From Candidatus Micrarchaeota archaeon (GTDB taxonomy: Archaea > Micrarchaeota > Micrarchaeia > Anstonellales > Bilamarchaeaceae): a stretch of 37,371 nt of DNA. The position numbers and the translations under genes are program-made. The stretch is taken from positions 1-37,371 of the forward strand of contig DYTL01000001.1 in assembly GCA_020726005.1 (NCBI GenBank), given 5' to 3'. A model generated the notes under the pieces. It was not told the DNA's origin. It worked only from the letters and a program-made list of their open reading frames with translations, and made no database searches. Below are positions 9,919 through 18,907 of this stretch, piece after piece. Every line of letters starts with the position of its first letter. Within the stretch, counting starts at the first letter, position 1.

Positions 9919-11289
9919 ATGCTTTGGGGGGGAAGATTTGAAAAATTACCAAATAAAATAGTATTTGATTATATGAATGATGAGAATGATTCGCGCTTGA
10001 TTAAATATGATATTCTTGGTTCAATTGCACACGTAAAAATGCTTTCCAAACAAAATATTTTAAAGAAAAACGAAGCAGATAAAATAATTAAAATGCTAAA
10101 ACATTTACTTATTCTTCATCAAAAAGGTAAATTTCAACTTAAGAAAGAATTAGAAGACGTGCATATGAATATTGAAAATAAAGTTACAAAATTTACTCAT
10201 TATGGGAAAAAAATGCATATTGCGCGTTCGCGCAATGATCAGATCGCTGTAGATACCCGTATGTATTTAAGGGACGAATTGCTTTCAACTGCTTCTTTAA
10301 TTATAAAATTGCAAAAATCATTTAAAAAACTTGCAAAAAAAGACATCGCAATGCCGTCTTACACACACACGCGAGTTGCTCAACCAATAACTACATCATT
10401 TTGGTGCGAATCCTATGTACAAAGTTTTGAACGTGATTTGGAACGAATATTTGATGTTTATGCGAGAGTAAATAGAAATCCGTTAGGGGCGTGTGCAATA
10501 AGCGGAACAAATTGGAAAATAGATAGAAAATATACATCAGAATTATTAGGTTTTGAATCAGTAATTGAAAACGAAATGGACGCAATAAGTTCGCGCGGAG
10601 AAATAGAAGCAGAAATATTGTTTCTATTAAGTCAGCTTATGGCAAAACTTTCTCGTTTTGCAGAAGAGATAATATGGTTCTCAGAAAGTGGAATAATTGA
10701 ACTTAGTGATGAATACACGACAGGAAGCTCAATAATGCCAAATAAGAAGAATCCTGATGTGCTTGAGCTTATGCGTGGAAGAACCGGGCGCGTGTATGGA
10801 AATTTAATACATCTCCTTACAATACAAAAAGGACTCATGAACGGACATAATGCAGATACCCAAGAAACAAAATTTGCAGTAATGAGCGGATTAGATATTG
10901 TTAAGGAAACACTCGTAGTTTTAATTGATATTGTTCCTACATTTGAATTTGATGAAAAAAAAATGATTATAGAGATAAAAAAAGGCTATGCGAATGCGAC
11001 CGAACTTGCAGATTTGATGGTTATGAATGAAATTCCGTTCCGCGACGCGCACGAAAGAATAGGTAAGCTTGTAGGGCAACTTATAAAACAAGAAAAATAC
11101 TTAGAAGATTTAGAACCCAAAGAAATAAATAAAATACTTGGAACAAATTTAGATATTAAACTAATTGAAAACGCCATTTCAATAAAAAAAGAACGGCTTT
11201 CTAAAAAAATAAAATTAAATCCTAAATGGGGGGGAAAAATAAATGTTGAATTAGATAAAATAAAAAAAATATTTTGCACACTTATTTGA
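9919..11289 (+). CDS. argH: Argininosuccinate lyase
   Basis: LWGGRF start, EDVH, RSRNDQ, YTH...AQP, GSSIMPNKKNPD signature, PFRDAH. Confidence 0.95.
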   Translation: MLWGGRFEKLPNKIVFDYMNDENDSRLIKYDILGSIAHVKMLSKQNILKKNEADKIIKMLKHLLILHQKGKFQLKKELEDVHMNIENKVTKFTHYGKKMHIARSRNDQIAVDTRMYLRDELLSTASLIIKLQKSFKKLAKKDIAMPSYTHTRVAQPITTSFWCESYVQSFERDLERIFDVYARVNRNPLGACAISGTNWKIDRKYTSELLGFESVIENEMDAISSRGEIEAEILFLLSQLMAKLSRFAEEIIWFSESGIIELSDEYTTGSSIMPNKKNPDVLELMRGRTGRVYGNLIHLLTIQKGLMNGHNADTQETKFAVMSGLDIVKETLVVLIDIVPTFEFDEKKMIIEIKKGYANATELADLMVMNEIPFRDAHERIGKLVGQLIKQEKYLEDLEPKEINKILGTNLDIKLIENAISIKKERLSKKIKLNPKWGGKINVELDKIKKIFCTLI

Positions 11290-11292
11290 TTT

Positions 11293-11778
11293 TTATCTTA
11301 CCTCAGCAATATCTCCTTCTTTTATTCCGTATTTTTTCGAAAAATTTTGGTTTACTTCAATTGCATAAAGCGCAGGCCATTTGGAAAAATAAATTGTGCA
11401 ATTAGGCATTCTTGTTTCGTTTCCGGAATCGCTGCATGGATCCATTTCGATTATATCTATAATACTGAAATTTTCATTTAAAAAAATTATTTCCAAAGGG
11501 ATTTTTGTATTGAACATCCAAAATGGATGATACGCATTATAACTTAAATAAAAAAACATTCCTTCTTTTTCTCCGAGCGAATCGCGGAACATTAATCCTT
11601 GATCTATTTTTTCTCGCGTATCGGCTTTTTCAGCAAGTATGGAAACATTTACTGGACGAAAAGTAACCCAGACCTTCTTCATTTCTAATGTTATGTTTTT
11701 CTCTGGTTGAGGTTGCACTTTAGAACAACCTAATAATAAGAGAGATATGCAAACAACAAAAAGAAGAAAAGGTTTCAT
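11293..11778 (-). CDS. DUF192-family lipoprotein
   Basis: LLGC lipobox; GLMFR...GM.F, FWM.NT.IPL.IIF, AIEVN. Likely start is ATG 11778. Confidence 0.9.
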   Translation of the reverse strand: MKPFLLFVVCISLLLLGCSKVQPQPEKNITLEMKKVWVTFRPVNVSILAEKADTREKIDQGLMFRDSLGEKEGMFFYLSYNAYHPFWMFNTKIPLEIIFLNENFSIIDIIEMDPCSDSGNETRMPNCTIYFSKWPALYAIEVNQNFSKKYGIKEGDIAEVR

Positions 11779-11786
11779 AGAATTAC

Positions 11787-11901
11787 CCAAGGAAACCTCT
11801 GATTTAGAGTCAAAAGATGAATTGGAGGTTTTGTTTTTAATTTCTTGTTCCTGTATATATTGCTTAATTGTTTCTGCTGATACGTATCCGGCTTTTCCAT
11901 A
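11787..11901 (-). mobile_element. IS200/IS605 relic: tnpA C-terminal fragment plus degenerate right end
   Basis: Minus-strand translation YGKAGYVSAETIKQYIQEQ matches the Y1 transposase helix with its catalytic YxxxQ. It is followed by CAATTCATC, the hairpin CTTTTGA-ctctaaa-TCAGAGG, and TTTCCTTG. Confidence 0.8.
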
Positions 11902-12136
11902 CTAACTAATACAAACCATAAATTTTAATACATATGTAATAAAGTTCTTCTATAGTTTTTTGAGGTATATACTGATCGTAGATAATACAACCGAAAAATT
12001 CATCAGTAAATCCGCAAGTAAATAAAACCTCAGATTTCGAAGTTTGAAATTATATAAATTCGCTAAAATATCCTGCTGAGAAGAAATTATCTTGGGACAT
12101 AAATCTCTTTTGGCCTTGTAAAAACTAGTCAAGAAT

Positions 12137-13267
12137 TCAATCGGAAGTAGTTGACTCGTCTAACCCTACAAAACGTTTCCTAATGTTATTCATGACTTTT
12201 GGCATGCTTGTATATTCCATTTCATGTTCAGAAAGTCTGTGCGGTTCAAATGGTCCATGCCTACGCATATAATCCGCTATGTCTAATGCCGTTTTTCTCG
12301 CATTGTCAAACGCAATATCTCCAAAAAGATCAGCAGGACCAATTAGTTTACCATTTGCGATCTGGAAACCCAATCCAACTACTCTTGTTGGTCCATCAAA
12401 CCGAGTAATCATAGAATTATTTATTCCCACTGGCATAAGTGGACCATTATGCGAACCACGCATCCATCCTGAAACCAAGTGTGGAAATGCAAATGGTTCG
12501 AGTATTTCGCCTTGTGAAGGAAGCCCAGATTGACATCGAACTATCGCAACCGGATCGTCTTTTCCTACATATTCACCTGCAATAAGATGCAATTTATCAG
12601 TGCTTATTGCTGCAACTGCTTCTTTTTCAGATACTTTATTGCCAGCACGCGGATAAACCCTCTTGATTACATATTTGCTTTTTGTACCTATAAGTGCAAG
12701 TAATGTATAAAGTTCTTCAGGTGAATTAAGGGTTATTTTTTTGTTCGTATAAATGTCCAAAACCTCAAACACAAATCCGCCAATCATATTCGGATCTATA
12801 ATAAGTCCAGCAGTATTAAACGGATCTCCGAACATTTTAAAAATCGGAAAATTAAACGCACCTGGTTCGGTCTTATCCATCATAAAAACTATTACAGGTT
12901 CGCTTTGTCGTTCCTCAAATTCCAATTCTGCGCATCCTGGACCCATTCCTTTTATATTGCCGCTAAATGCATCTACAAGAAGATCTTGTCCTGCGCCATA
13001 GAGTTTAAGCTCCTTTGCAATTGCAGTAGCTGAAATAAATGTGTCCCATGCAAGTTCGTGCACTTTTTTGTAATCTACGCCTTTATCGTGTGTCATTATA
13101 AGTTGTAAATCATCGCCAACTTTAGCTACATAATAATCCAAAATTATACCTTTCTTTTTCGCTGCCTCTAAACTCTTATTCGCGCTTTCCATGAGCTTTG
13201 GATGTACATTTGAGTGTCCGGTAAATCCTCCTACGTCTGCTTTTATTACGGTTAAAGTAACTTTCAT
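12137..13267 (-). CDS. fbp: Bifunctional fructose-1,6-bisphosphate aldolase/phosphatase (class V FBPase)
   Basis: KADVGG..GH, YGAGQDLL, DKTEPGAFN, G.YVGKDDP, GWMRGSH.GP, GPFEPHRL. Confidence 0.98.
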   Translation of the reverse strand: MKVTLTVIKADVGGFTGHSNVHPKLMESANKSLEAAKKKGIILDYYVAKVGDDLQLIMTHDKGVDYKKVHELAWDTFISATAIAKELKLYGAGQDLLVDAFSGNIKGMGPGCAELEFEERQSEPVIVFMMDKTEPGAFNFPIFKMFGDPFNTAGLIIDPNMIGGFVFEVLDIYTNKKITLNSPEELYTLLALIGTKSKYVIKRVYPRAGNKVSEKEAVAAISTDKLHLIAGEYVGKDDPVAIVRCQSGLPSQGEILEPFAFPHLVSGWMRGSHNGPLMPVGINNSMITRFDGPTRVVGLGFQIANGKLIGPADLFGDIAFDNARKTALDIADYMRRHGPFEPHRLSEHEMEYTSMPKVMNNIRKRFVGLDESTTSD

Positions 13268-13391
13268 TTTTTCACCTTAAAATAAAAATAGTAGAATAGC
13301 CTTTTATTCTTTTGTATTTTTATTTCTATATCGCCCAACATAATCCAAATCTTTTTATACGCTCTTCAATATACAACAATGGGTGGTAGTA

Positions 13392-15335
13392 ATGGAATCA
13401 AAAAATTATATTTTATTTATTTCAATAATAATAATTTCTTTGCTTTTTTTTGCTGGATGTATTACTAAGCCAATAAATGAAACTAATACAACTAAAACAC
13501 TATCCAATATCTCTCGTTTTTCATCTTGCAATGCAATAATTGAAAAGTTCAACAAGAATAACAATGATTCATTATTATATTATGAACAAGGAATACGTAT
13601 GTTCAAATCATTTATTTCACCAACATCTTCTGGTTTTAGCTCAGCTCCAATTATCTCGAAAAACTTGGAATATTCTACAACCAATATTCAGGTTACAGGT
13701 GTAGATGAAGCTGATTTTGTAAAAACTGACGGAAATTATATCTATACCATTTCAAAAGGTAAATTAATCATAGTTGAAGCATATCCCGTTAAAAATGCAA
13801 AACTCATTTCATCTATTAATGTTGGTGACAATATTCAACCTCTGGAAATTTTCGTTAATAGCGATACAATAATAGTATTTGGTAGTAGGGCATTTGACGT
13901 TTCACTTTATAAATTGGGTTCTGATATGCAAGAAAAATATTCAAAATCTTATTCCTCATTTACTGTTATTCAACTTTGGAATATTTCAGATAGGGAAAAT
14001 CCAAAATTAATTAAAACCTCTGAATTTGAAGGACAATATATCTCCTCGCGAATGGTAAATTCAACTGTTTATTTTGTTATAACGCAATATCCATATTATA
14101 GTGCAAATCCAAAAGAAGTTATGCCTTTATATCGAGAATATTTTAGAAATGAAGATAGGGTAAATTATTCGTCGGTTGCGAAATGCAACGAGGTAGGATA
14201 TTTTCAACCAGTAAACGCACAAAACTTTATCATACTCGGTGCAATGTCAATTCAAAATTATTCTGCCCCTATAAGTAAGGAAGTGATTGTTGGTTCAGGA
14301 GAAAATATATATGCATCAACTGAGAATGTTTATGTTGCAGATGTTAATTACGATGATTTAAGACATATTTTCTGGCGTGGAATTATACCTGTCGAACCAC
14401 AATCCAGAGAAAAAACAACCGTGCATAAATTTTCTTTTTCAGGAAATAGGACATCTTATGTTGGTTCAATGGATGCCCCAGGGCATATCTTAAATCAGTT
14501 TTCTATGGATGAACATAATGGTGATTTTAGAATCGCAACAACAATAGGTGGATCTAATCCAAGTACTAATAATGTTTATATTTTTGGTGGGGATTTAAAG
14601 TTTAAAGGAAAATTAGAAGGACTTGCGCCGAGTGAGAGTATTTACTCTGTAAGATTTATGGGTGATAGAGCATATCTTGTAACTTTCAAAAAGGTTGATC
14701 CACTTTTTGTAATTGATCTTTCAGATGGAAGTAAACCAAAGGTTCTTGGAAAGCTTAAAATACCAGGCTATTCTGATTACTTGCATCCTATAGATAAAAA
14801 CCATTTAATTGGAATAGGAAAAGATACTGAAGAAGCAGAAGAAGGTGATTTTGCATGGTATCAAGGAATAAAAATGGCTGTTTTTGATGTAACTAATGTT
14901 TCAAAGCCAAAGGAAATGCATAAAATTATAATCGGAGATAGAGGAACTGAGTCTTATGTTCTACGAGACCATAAGGCGTTCCTTTATGATATAAAAAAAG
15001 ACCTTCTTGTTATTCCTATTCTTCTTGCTGAAATAGACAAGGAAAAACGATATAATCAAAATAGACAACTAAATATCTACGGTGATTATGTTTTCCAAGG
15101 TGCTTACGTATATAATCTTACTCTTGAAAACGGATTTAAACTAAAAGGCAGAATAACTCATTTAGAAGATAACGAAACATTCGACATGTCTGGATATTAT
15201 TATCGTAATTCAGGCGATTCAATAAAAAGATCGTTGTATATAGATGATATACTCTATACTATCTCTGATAATAAAATAATAGCTAATTCGCTTAACAGAC
15301 TTGATTTGCTAAAAACGATTGTATTGAGCAAGTGA
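13392..15335 (+). CDS. Secreted lipoprotein with beta-propeller domain (COG4880-like)
   Basis: FAGC lipobox; YSTTN.QV.GVDEAD.VKTDG, LNQFSMDE, VTFK.VDPLFVIDL, LKIPGYS.YLHP. Confidence 0.9.
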   Translation: MESKNYILFISIIIISLLFFAGCITKPINETNTTKTLSNISRFSSCNAIIEKFNKNNNDSLLYYEQGIRMFKSFISPTSSGFSSAPIISKNLEYSTTNIQVTGVDEADFVKTDGNYIYTISKGKLIIVEAYPVKNAKLISSINVGDNIQPLEIFVNSDTIIVFGSRAFDVSLYKLGSDMQEKYSKSYSSFTVIQLWNISDRENPKLIKTSEFEGQYISSRMVNSTVYFVITQYPYYSANPKEVMPLYREYFRNEDRVNYSSVAKCNEVGYFQPVNAQNFIILGAMSIQNYSAPISKEVIVGSGENIYASTENVYVADVNYDDLRHIFWRGIIPVEPQSREKTTVHKFSFSGNRTSYVGSMDAPGHILNQFSMDEHNGDFRIATTIGGSNPSTNNVYIFGGDLKFKGKLEGLAPSESIYSVRFMGDRAYLVTFKKVDPLFVIDLSDGSKPKVLGKLKIPGYSDYLHPIDKNHLIGIGKDTEEAEEGDFAWYQGIKMAVFDVTNVSKPKEMHKIIIGDRGTESYVLRDHKAFLYDIKKDLLVIPILLAEIDKEKRYNQNRQLNIYGDYVFQGAYVYNLTLENGFKLKGRITHLEDNETFDMSGYYYRNSGDSIKRSLYIDDILYTISDNKIIANSLNRLDLLKTIVLSK

Positions 15336-15369
15336 ATAATATTTTAAAGTTTTCAAATATAACAAACGT

Positions 15370-16755
15370 ATGGATAATATTGATCTATCAAAGTATAATT
15401 TCAAAACTAATGAAAAACCAGTGTTTGCACTTCCTAAAGGGCTTTCTGAAAAAACAATAAAGGATATTTCTGCTGAAAAAAACGAACCTGACTGGATGCT
15501 TACGAAACGTCTTAAAGCATATAAAATATTTCTAAAACTTAAAATGCCGAATTTCGGACCTGATCTTTCCAAATTGAATTTTGAGGATATAACGTATTAT
15601 ATAAAACCAAGCGCGCAAAAGGCGCAAACATGGGAAGATGTTCCTCAACACATAAAAGATACGTTTGACAAATTAGGTGTTCCACAAGCTGAACGCAAAT
15701 TCTTAGCAGGAGTGGAAACAATGTTTGAAAGCGAAGTAGTATATCAAAGATTGCGCAAAGAATGGATTGAAAATGGCATAATATTTACTGATACTGATAG
15801 TGCAGTAAAGGAATACCCAGAATTGTTAAAAAAATATTTCGGAACAATTGTACCAATAGGAGATAATAAATTCGCAGCGCTTAATAGCGCAGTATGGAGT
15901 GGAGGTAGTTTTCTTTTTATACCAAAAGGAATTAAATTGGAAATTCCTGTGCATGCGTATTTTCGCATAAATGCAAAGGCGTTTGGGCAATTTGAACGTA
16001 CTCTAATAATTTGTGAAGAAGGAAGTAAAATTCATTATACCGAAGGTTGTACTGCGCCAATATATAGTGAAACGTCACTTCACGCAGCAGTAGTTGAATG
16101 TATAGTAAAAAAAAATGCTTATCTTAGGTATACAACAATTCAAAATTGGAGTACAAATATCTATAATTTAGTAACAAAGCGCGCGTTCGCATACGAAAAT
16201 GCACTTGTGGAATGGGTTGATGGAAATATTGGATCAAAAATAAATATGAAATATCCTTCAGTTTATCTTAAAGAAAAATACGCACGTGCGAAATTCCTTT
16301 CAATTGCGTATGCTGGACAGGGACAATATCAGGACGCAGGAGCAAGAGTAATTCACGAAGCCGAAAATACAACCTCGATAATAAATAGCAAAAATATTGT
16401 CAAAAATGGGGGTACAACTTCCTTTTGTGGTACAGTTAGATTTACAAAAAGCGCAGTAAATTCAAAAAGCAGTGTAAAATGTGATGCGTTATTGCTTGAT
16501 TCAGTTTCAAAGAATATAACTTATCCACTACTTCAATCCGCACAAAATCAATTAACAATAGTCCATGAAGCAAAGGTAGGTAAAATTAACGAAGAGCAGT
16601 TATTTTATCTTATGAGCAGAGGGCTCTCTGAAAATGAAGCAACATCCCTCATAGTACTTGGATTTATAGATGAATTTATAAAGGAACTTCCGTTAGAATA
16701 CGCAGTAGAATTTAATCGATTAGTGCGACTTGAACTGGAGAAAAAACCGAGATAA
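15370..16755 (+). CDS. sufB: Fe-S cluster assembly protein SufB
   Basis: GQFERTLII, HY.EGCTAP, YTTIQNWS, HEA..G.I.EEQLFYLMSRG, LP.EYAVE. Confidence 0.97.
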   Translation: MDNIDLSKYNFKTNEKPVFALPKGLSEKTIKDISAEKNEPDWMLTKRLKAYKIFLKLKMPNFGPDLSKLNFEDITYYIKPSAQKAQTWEDVPQHIKDTFDKLGVPQAERKFLAGVETMFESEVVYQRLRKEWIENGIIFTDTDSAVKEYPELLKKYFGTIVPIGDNKFAALNSAVWSGGSFLFIPKGIKLEIPVHAYFRINAKAFGQFERTLIICEEGSKIHYTEGCTAPIYSETSLHAAVVECIVKKNAYLRYTTIQNWSTNIYNLVTKRAFAYENALVEWVDGNIGSKINMKYPSVYLKEKYARAKFLSIAYAGQGQYQDAGARVIHEAENTTSIINSKNIVKNGGTTSFCGTVRFTKSAVNSKSSVKCDALLLDSVSKNITYPLLQSAQNQLTIVHEAKVGKINEEQLFYLMSRGLSENEATSLIVLGFIDEFIKELPLEYAVEFNRLVRLELEKKPR

Positions 16756-16757
16756 TT

Positions 16758-17384
16758 ATGCAATTTTTAAAAACAAAAGAAAGTAAAGTTTCATTTTCAA
16801 ATAATATTCTAAGAGTACGTGGAAACTCAGCGGTTCTTTTTATTCACGAAAACGAAAAAATAGAGAAGAAAATTGTTTTGGACGTTGAAGCAGTAATTCA
16901 AATTTTTTCAATATATTCAAAAAATGCAGAAATAAAAAATTCGTTCGTAGTTCCTGAAAACTGCAAACTCAATATTGTGGATATTTTTTACGGAAATACC
17001 AACGTAGAAAACATCATACCTCTTGAAAATCAGGGTTGCTCGCTTAATTTAATTGCAAAGGGGGTCGCAAAAGAAAACGAAACTGCTAATTATATTGTTC
17101 TTGCTTCAATTGGAAAAAATGGAGTAAACGCAAATATAGATATAAAGGAGCATGCATACATTTTAGGAAAAAATGCCTGCATCAGTTTTCTGCCCGGCTT
17201 GGAAATAATAAATAATAATGTTAGTGCAAAGCATGCTTCAACAATAAGCCAATTGGATGAAGAACAGATATTCTATCTTATGACTCGCGGATTTTCAGAA
17301 AAACAGGCAAAAAAAGAATTAATTTTCGGTTTTTTCGCGCGCGAATCGGAATTTATTAGGAATATTTTTGAATATAAAATTTAG
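16758..17384 (+). CDS. sufD: Short SufD-like protein
   Basis: P.LEI..NNV.A.HAST...LDEEQIFYLMTRG; 2 nt downstream of sufB. Confidence 0.88.
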   Translation: MQFLKTKESKVSFSNNILRVRGNSAVLFIHENEKIEKKIVLDVEAVIQIFSIYSKNAEIKNSFVVPENCKLNIVDIFYGNTNVENIIPLENQGCSLNLIAKGVAKENETANYIVLASIGKNGVNANIDIKEHAYILGKNACISFLPGLEIINNNVSAKHASTISQLDEEQIFYLMTRGFSEKQAKKELIFGFFARESEFIRNIFEYKI

Positions 17385-17548
17385 GTTATTTTTTCACTTG
17401 TTAGATATATTCAAACAATAATTTCTGTGCGAACAATTTGGAAACATTACTAATTTAGGTAATAATTTGCAATCTTCATCTTCTCAATGCGACTTATTAT
17501 CTAATAATTTAGTAAATACTTCTACGAATAATTTTTAAATTAATATAA

Positions 17549-17619
17549 TGCGATCGCCGGGATTCGAACCCGGGTCCCAAGCTTGGAAGGCTTGCATCCT
17601 ACCACTAGACTACAATCGC
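17549..17619 (-). tRNA. tRNA-Gly(TCC)
   Basis: GCGATTG/CGATCGC acceptor stem, CAAGC-CTTCCAA-GCTTG anticodon arm, CCGGG-TTCGAAT-CCCGG T-arm, discriminator A; CCA not encoded. Confidence 0.98.
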
Positions 17620-17654
17620 GCAAATATTTGTTGTAAGATAAGAAATTTATAAAT

Positions 17655-18155
17655 TTATTCAAAACTAATCCTAAATATTTTCTTATTTTGTTTCAGTTTT
17701 TCAATAATGCTTCCGGATAAAGCGTTTTCCAGTACAATAGTAAGTTTTGGATTTGGATAAATATCCGGATCATCGGCAACAATCTGTCTTATGTTTATCC
17801 CTGCACCGGAAATTAATTCTGTAATATTTTTTATTATTCCTTTTTCGTGTGGTTCTGCTTCTATTTCTAAAACTTCAAATCCTAATTTTCTTGCTGATCT
17901 GGCAATAAAAGCAGTTGGTCTTAATGTAGAGAATATTTCATAAAGTTCATTATTTTTTGCAATTTGCTTTGCGGTTTCGATTACTACTCTTCTATCTATT
18001 TTCAGCGCTTTTGCTATCTTTGTAGGCGTGAGTTCTATTTCTGCGCAATAAATATTTCCTTTTTTATTCACGCTCAAACCATATTTAAGTATTGTTTCCA
18101 CAACAATTTTGCGTGCAGGAAAATTAGCGAACTCATTTTCAATTTTTGCATACAT
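17655..18155 (-). CDS. ACT-domain regulator (COG2150-like)
   Basis: N-terminal HTH-like IAKAL.IDRRVV; C-terminal ACT domain GINIRQ....DP...P.P.LTIV. Confidence 0.9.
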   Translation of the reverse strand: MYAKIENEFANFPARKIVVETILKYGLSVNKKGNIYCAEIELTPTKIAKALKIDRRVVIETAKQIAKNNELYEIFSTLRPTAFIARSARKLGFEVLEIEAEPHEKGIIKNITELISGAGINIRQIVADDPDIYPNPKLTIVLENALSGSIIEKLKQNKKIFRISFE

Positions 18156-18351
18156 ATTTTGTTTTCATAGATAATGTATAAAAACATGCACTAAATTTTT
18201 GGATTTATTTATATAGCAATTTTCTTAGTCATATCACAAATACAACACTATTTGTTATATTTTTAACATGAAGTTTAAATATTTAGTTTAACAAATAAAC
18301 TTTGAATTCAATTAGAGAATATAATAGATAATTAAAAATGAGGTGCGATAT

Positions 18352-18546
18352 ATGACATTAACATTAGTTCACGCATTAGTATCAAAAAACGGAGATAATG
18401 TAATCCCTAACGATAAAAACCAATCTTCAGTACAAAGCTCAAAAACGGGTAAGATCCCATATCTTCAATTATTGCATCTGCAGATCCAAACAGAGTGTAT
18501 AATGGGAGTTACTTCTCGAAATCAAAAGTTTAACTCTTACAAATGA
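18352..18546 (+). CDS. Small hypothetical protein (64 aa)
   Basis: Strong GAGGTG RBS at 18340-18345 ahead of ATG 18352; no recognisable family. Confidence 0.4.
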   Translation: MTLTLVHALVSKNGDNVIPNDKNQSSVQSSKTGKIPYLQLLHLQIQTECIMGVTSRNQKFNSYK

Positions 18547-18693
18547 TTACATATACTCGTTTTCTTATAATGTTTTTTTTGAGCATCAATCTTTGTATCA
18601 TTACCATAAGGAGTAATTTTTTCTCATAGATTTCTTCAACTTCGTCCCAAGTAATAACTTTCCACTGTTAATTCCTTTAATTTCTCTTGCCAT
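18530..18693 (-). pseudogene. Frameshifted DUF2080-family (transposase-associated) gene
   Basis: With three single-base frame corrections it reads MAREIKGINSGKLLL/DEVEEIYEK/ITPYGNDTKIDAQKKH/IRKRVYVIICKS*, matching the EK.V.P.GN...I..PK..IGK.V.VII pattern. Confidence 0.72.
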
Positions 18694-18794
18694 AAATTAG
18701 TATAATCTGTCCCACAGCCATTTCTTAAGATAAGTTCTTAGACGCTAATTATAAACTAATCTTTTTTTGTTTAGAAATAATGCGATTTTGCTCT

Positions 18795-18841
18795 TTCTGG
18801 CAAGTAACGGCAAATTTTAATTTTGCCAGTAAATGCCGGAA
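18795..18841. repeat. Interrupted palindrome of four 10-bp-phased GGCA/TGCC boxes
   Basis: TTCTGGCA-agtaac-GGCAAA-ttttaat-TTTGCC-agtaaa-TGCCGGAA. Confidence 0.7.
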
Positions 18842-18907
18842 CTTAAGCGCGCGAACATTTAAATAATTACATTTCTTATTTAACTCAATGCGACCAAAGG
18901 GATTTTA

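Noticed and set aside
17385..17548. HEPN/DUF86-like gene fragment or integration scar downstream of tRNA-Gly
   Set aside because: The resemblance is vague (no RxxxxH), the frame has stops, and no duplicated tRNA 3' end was found; the AATAATTT repeats are low complexity.
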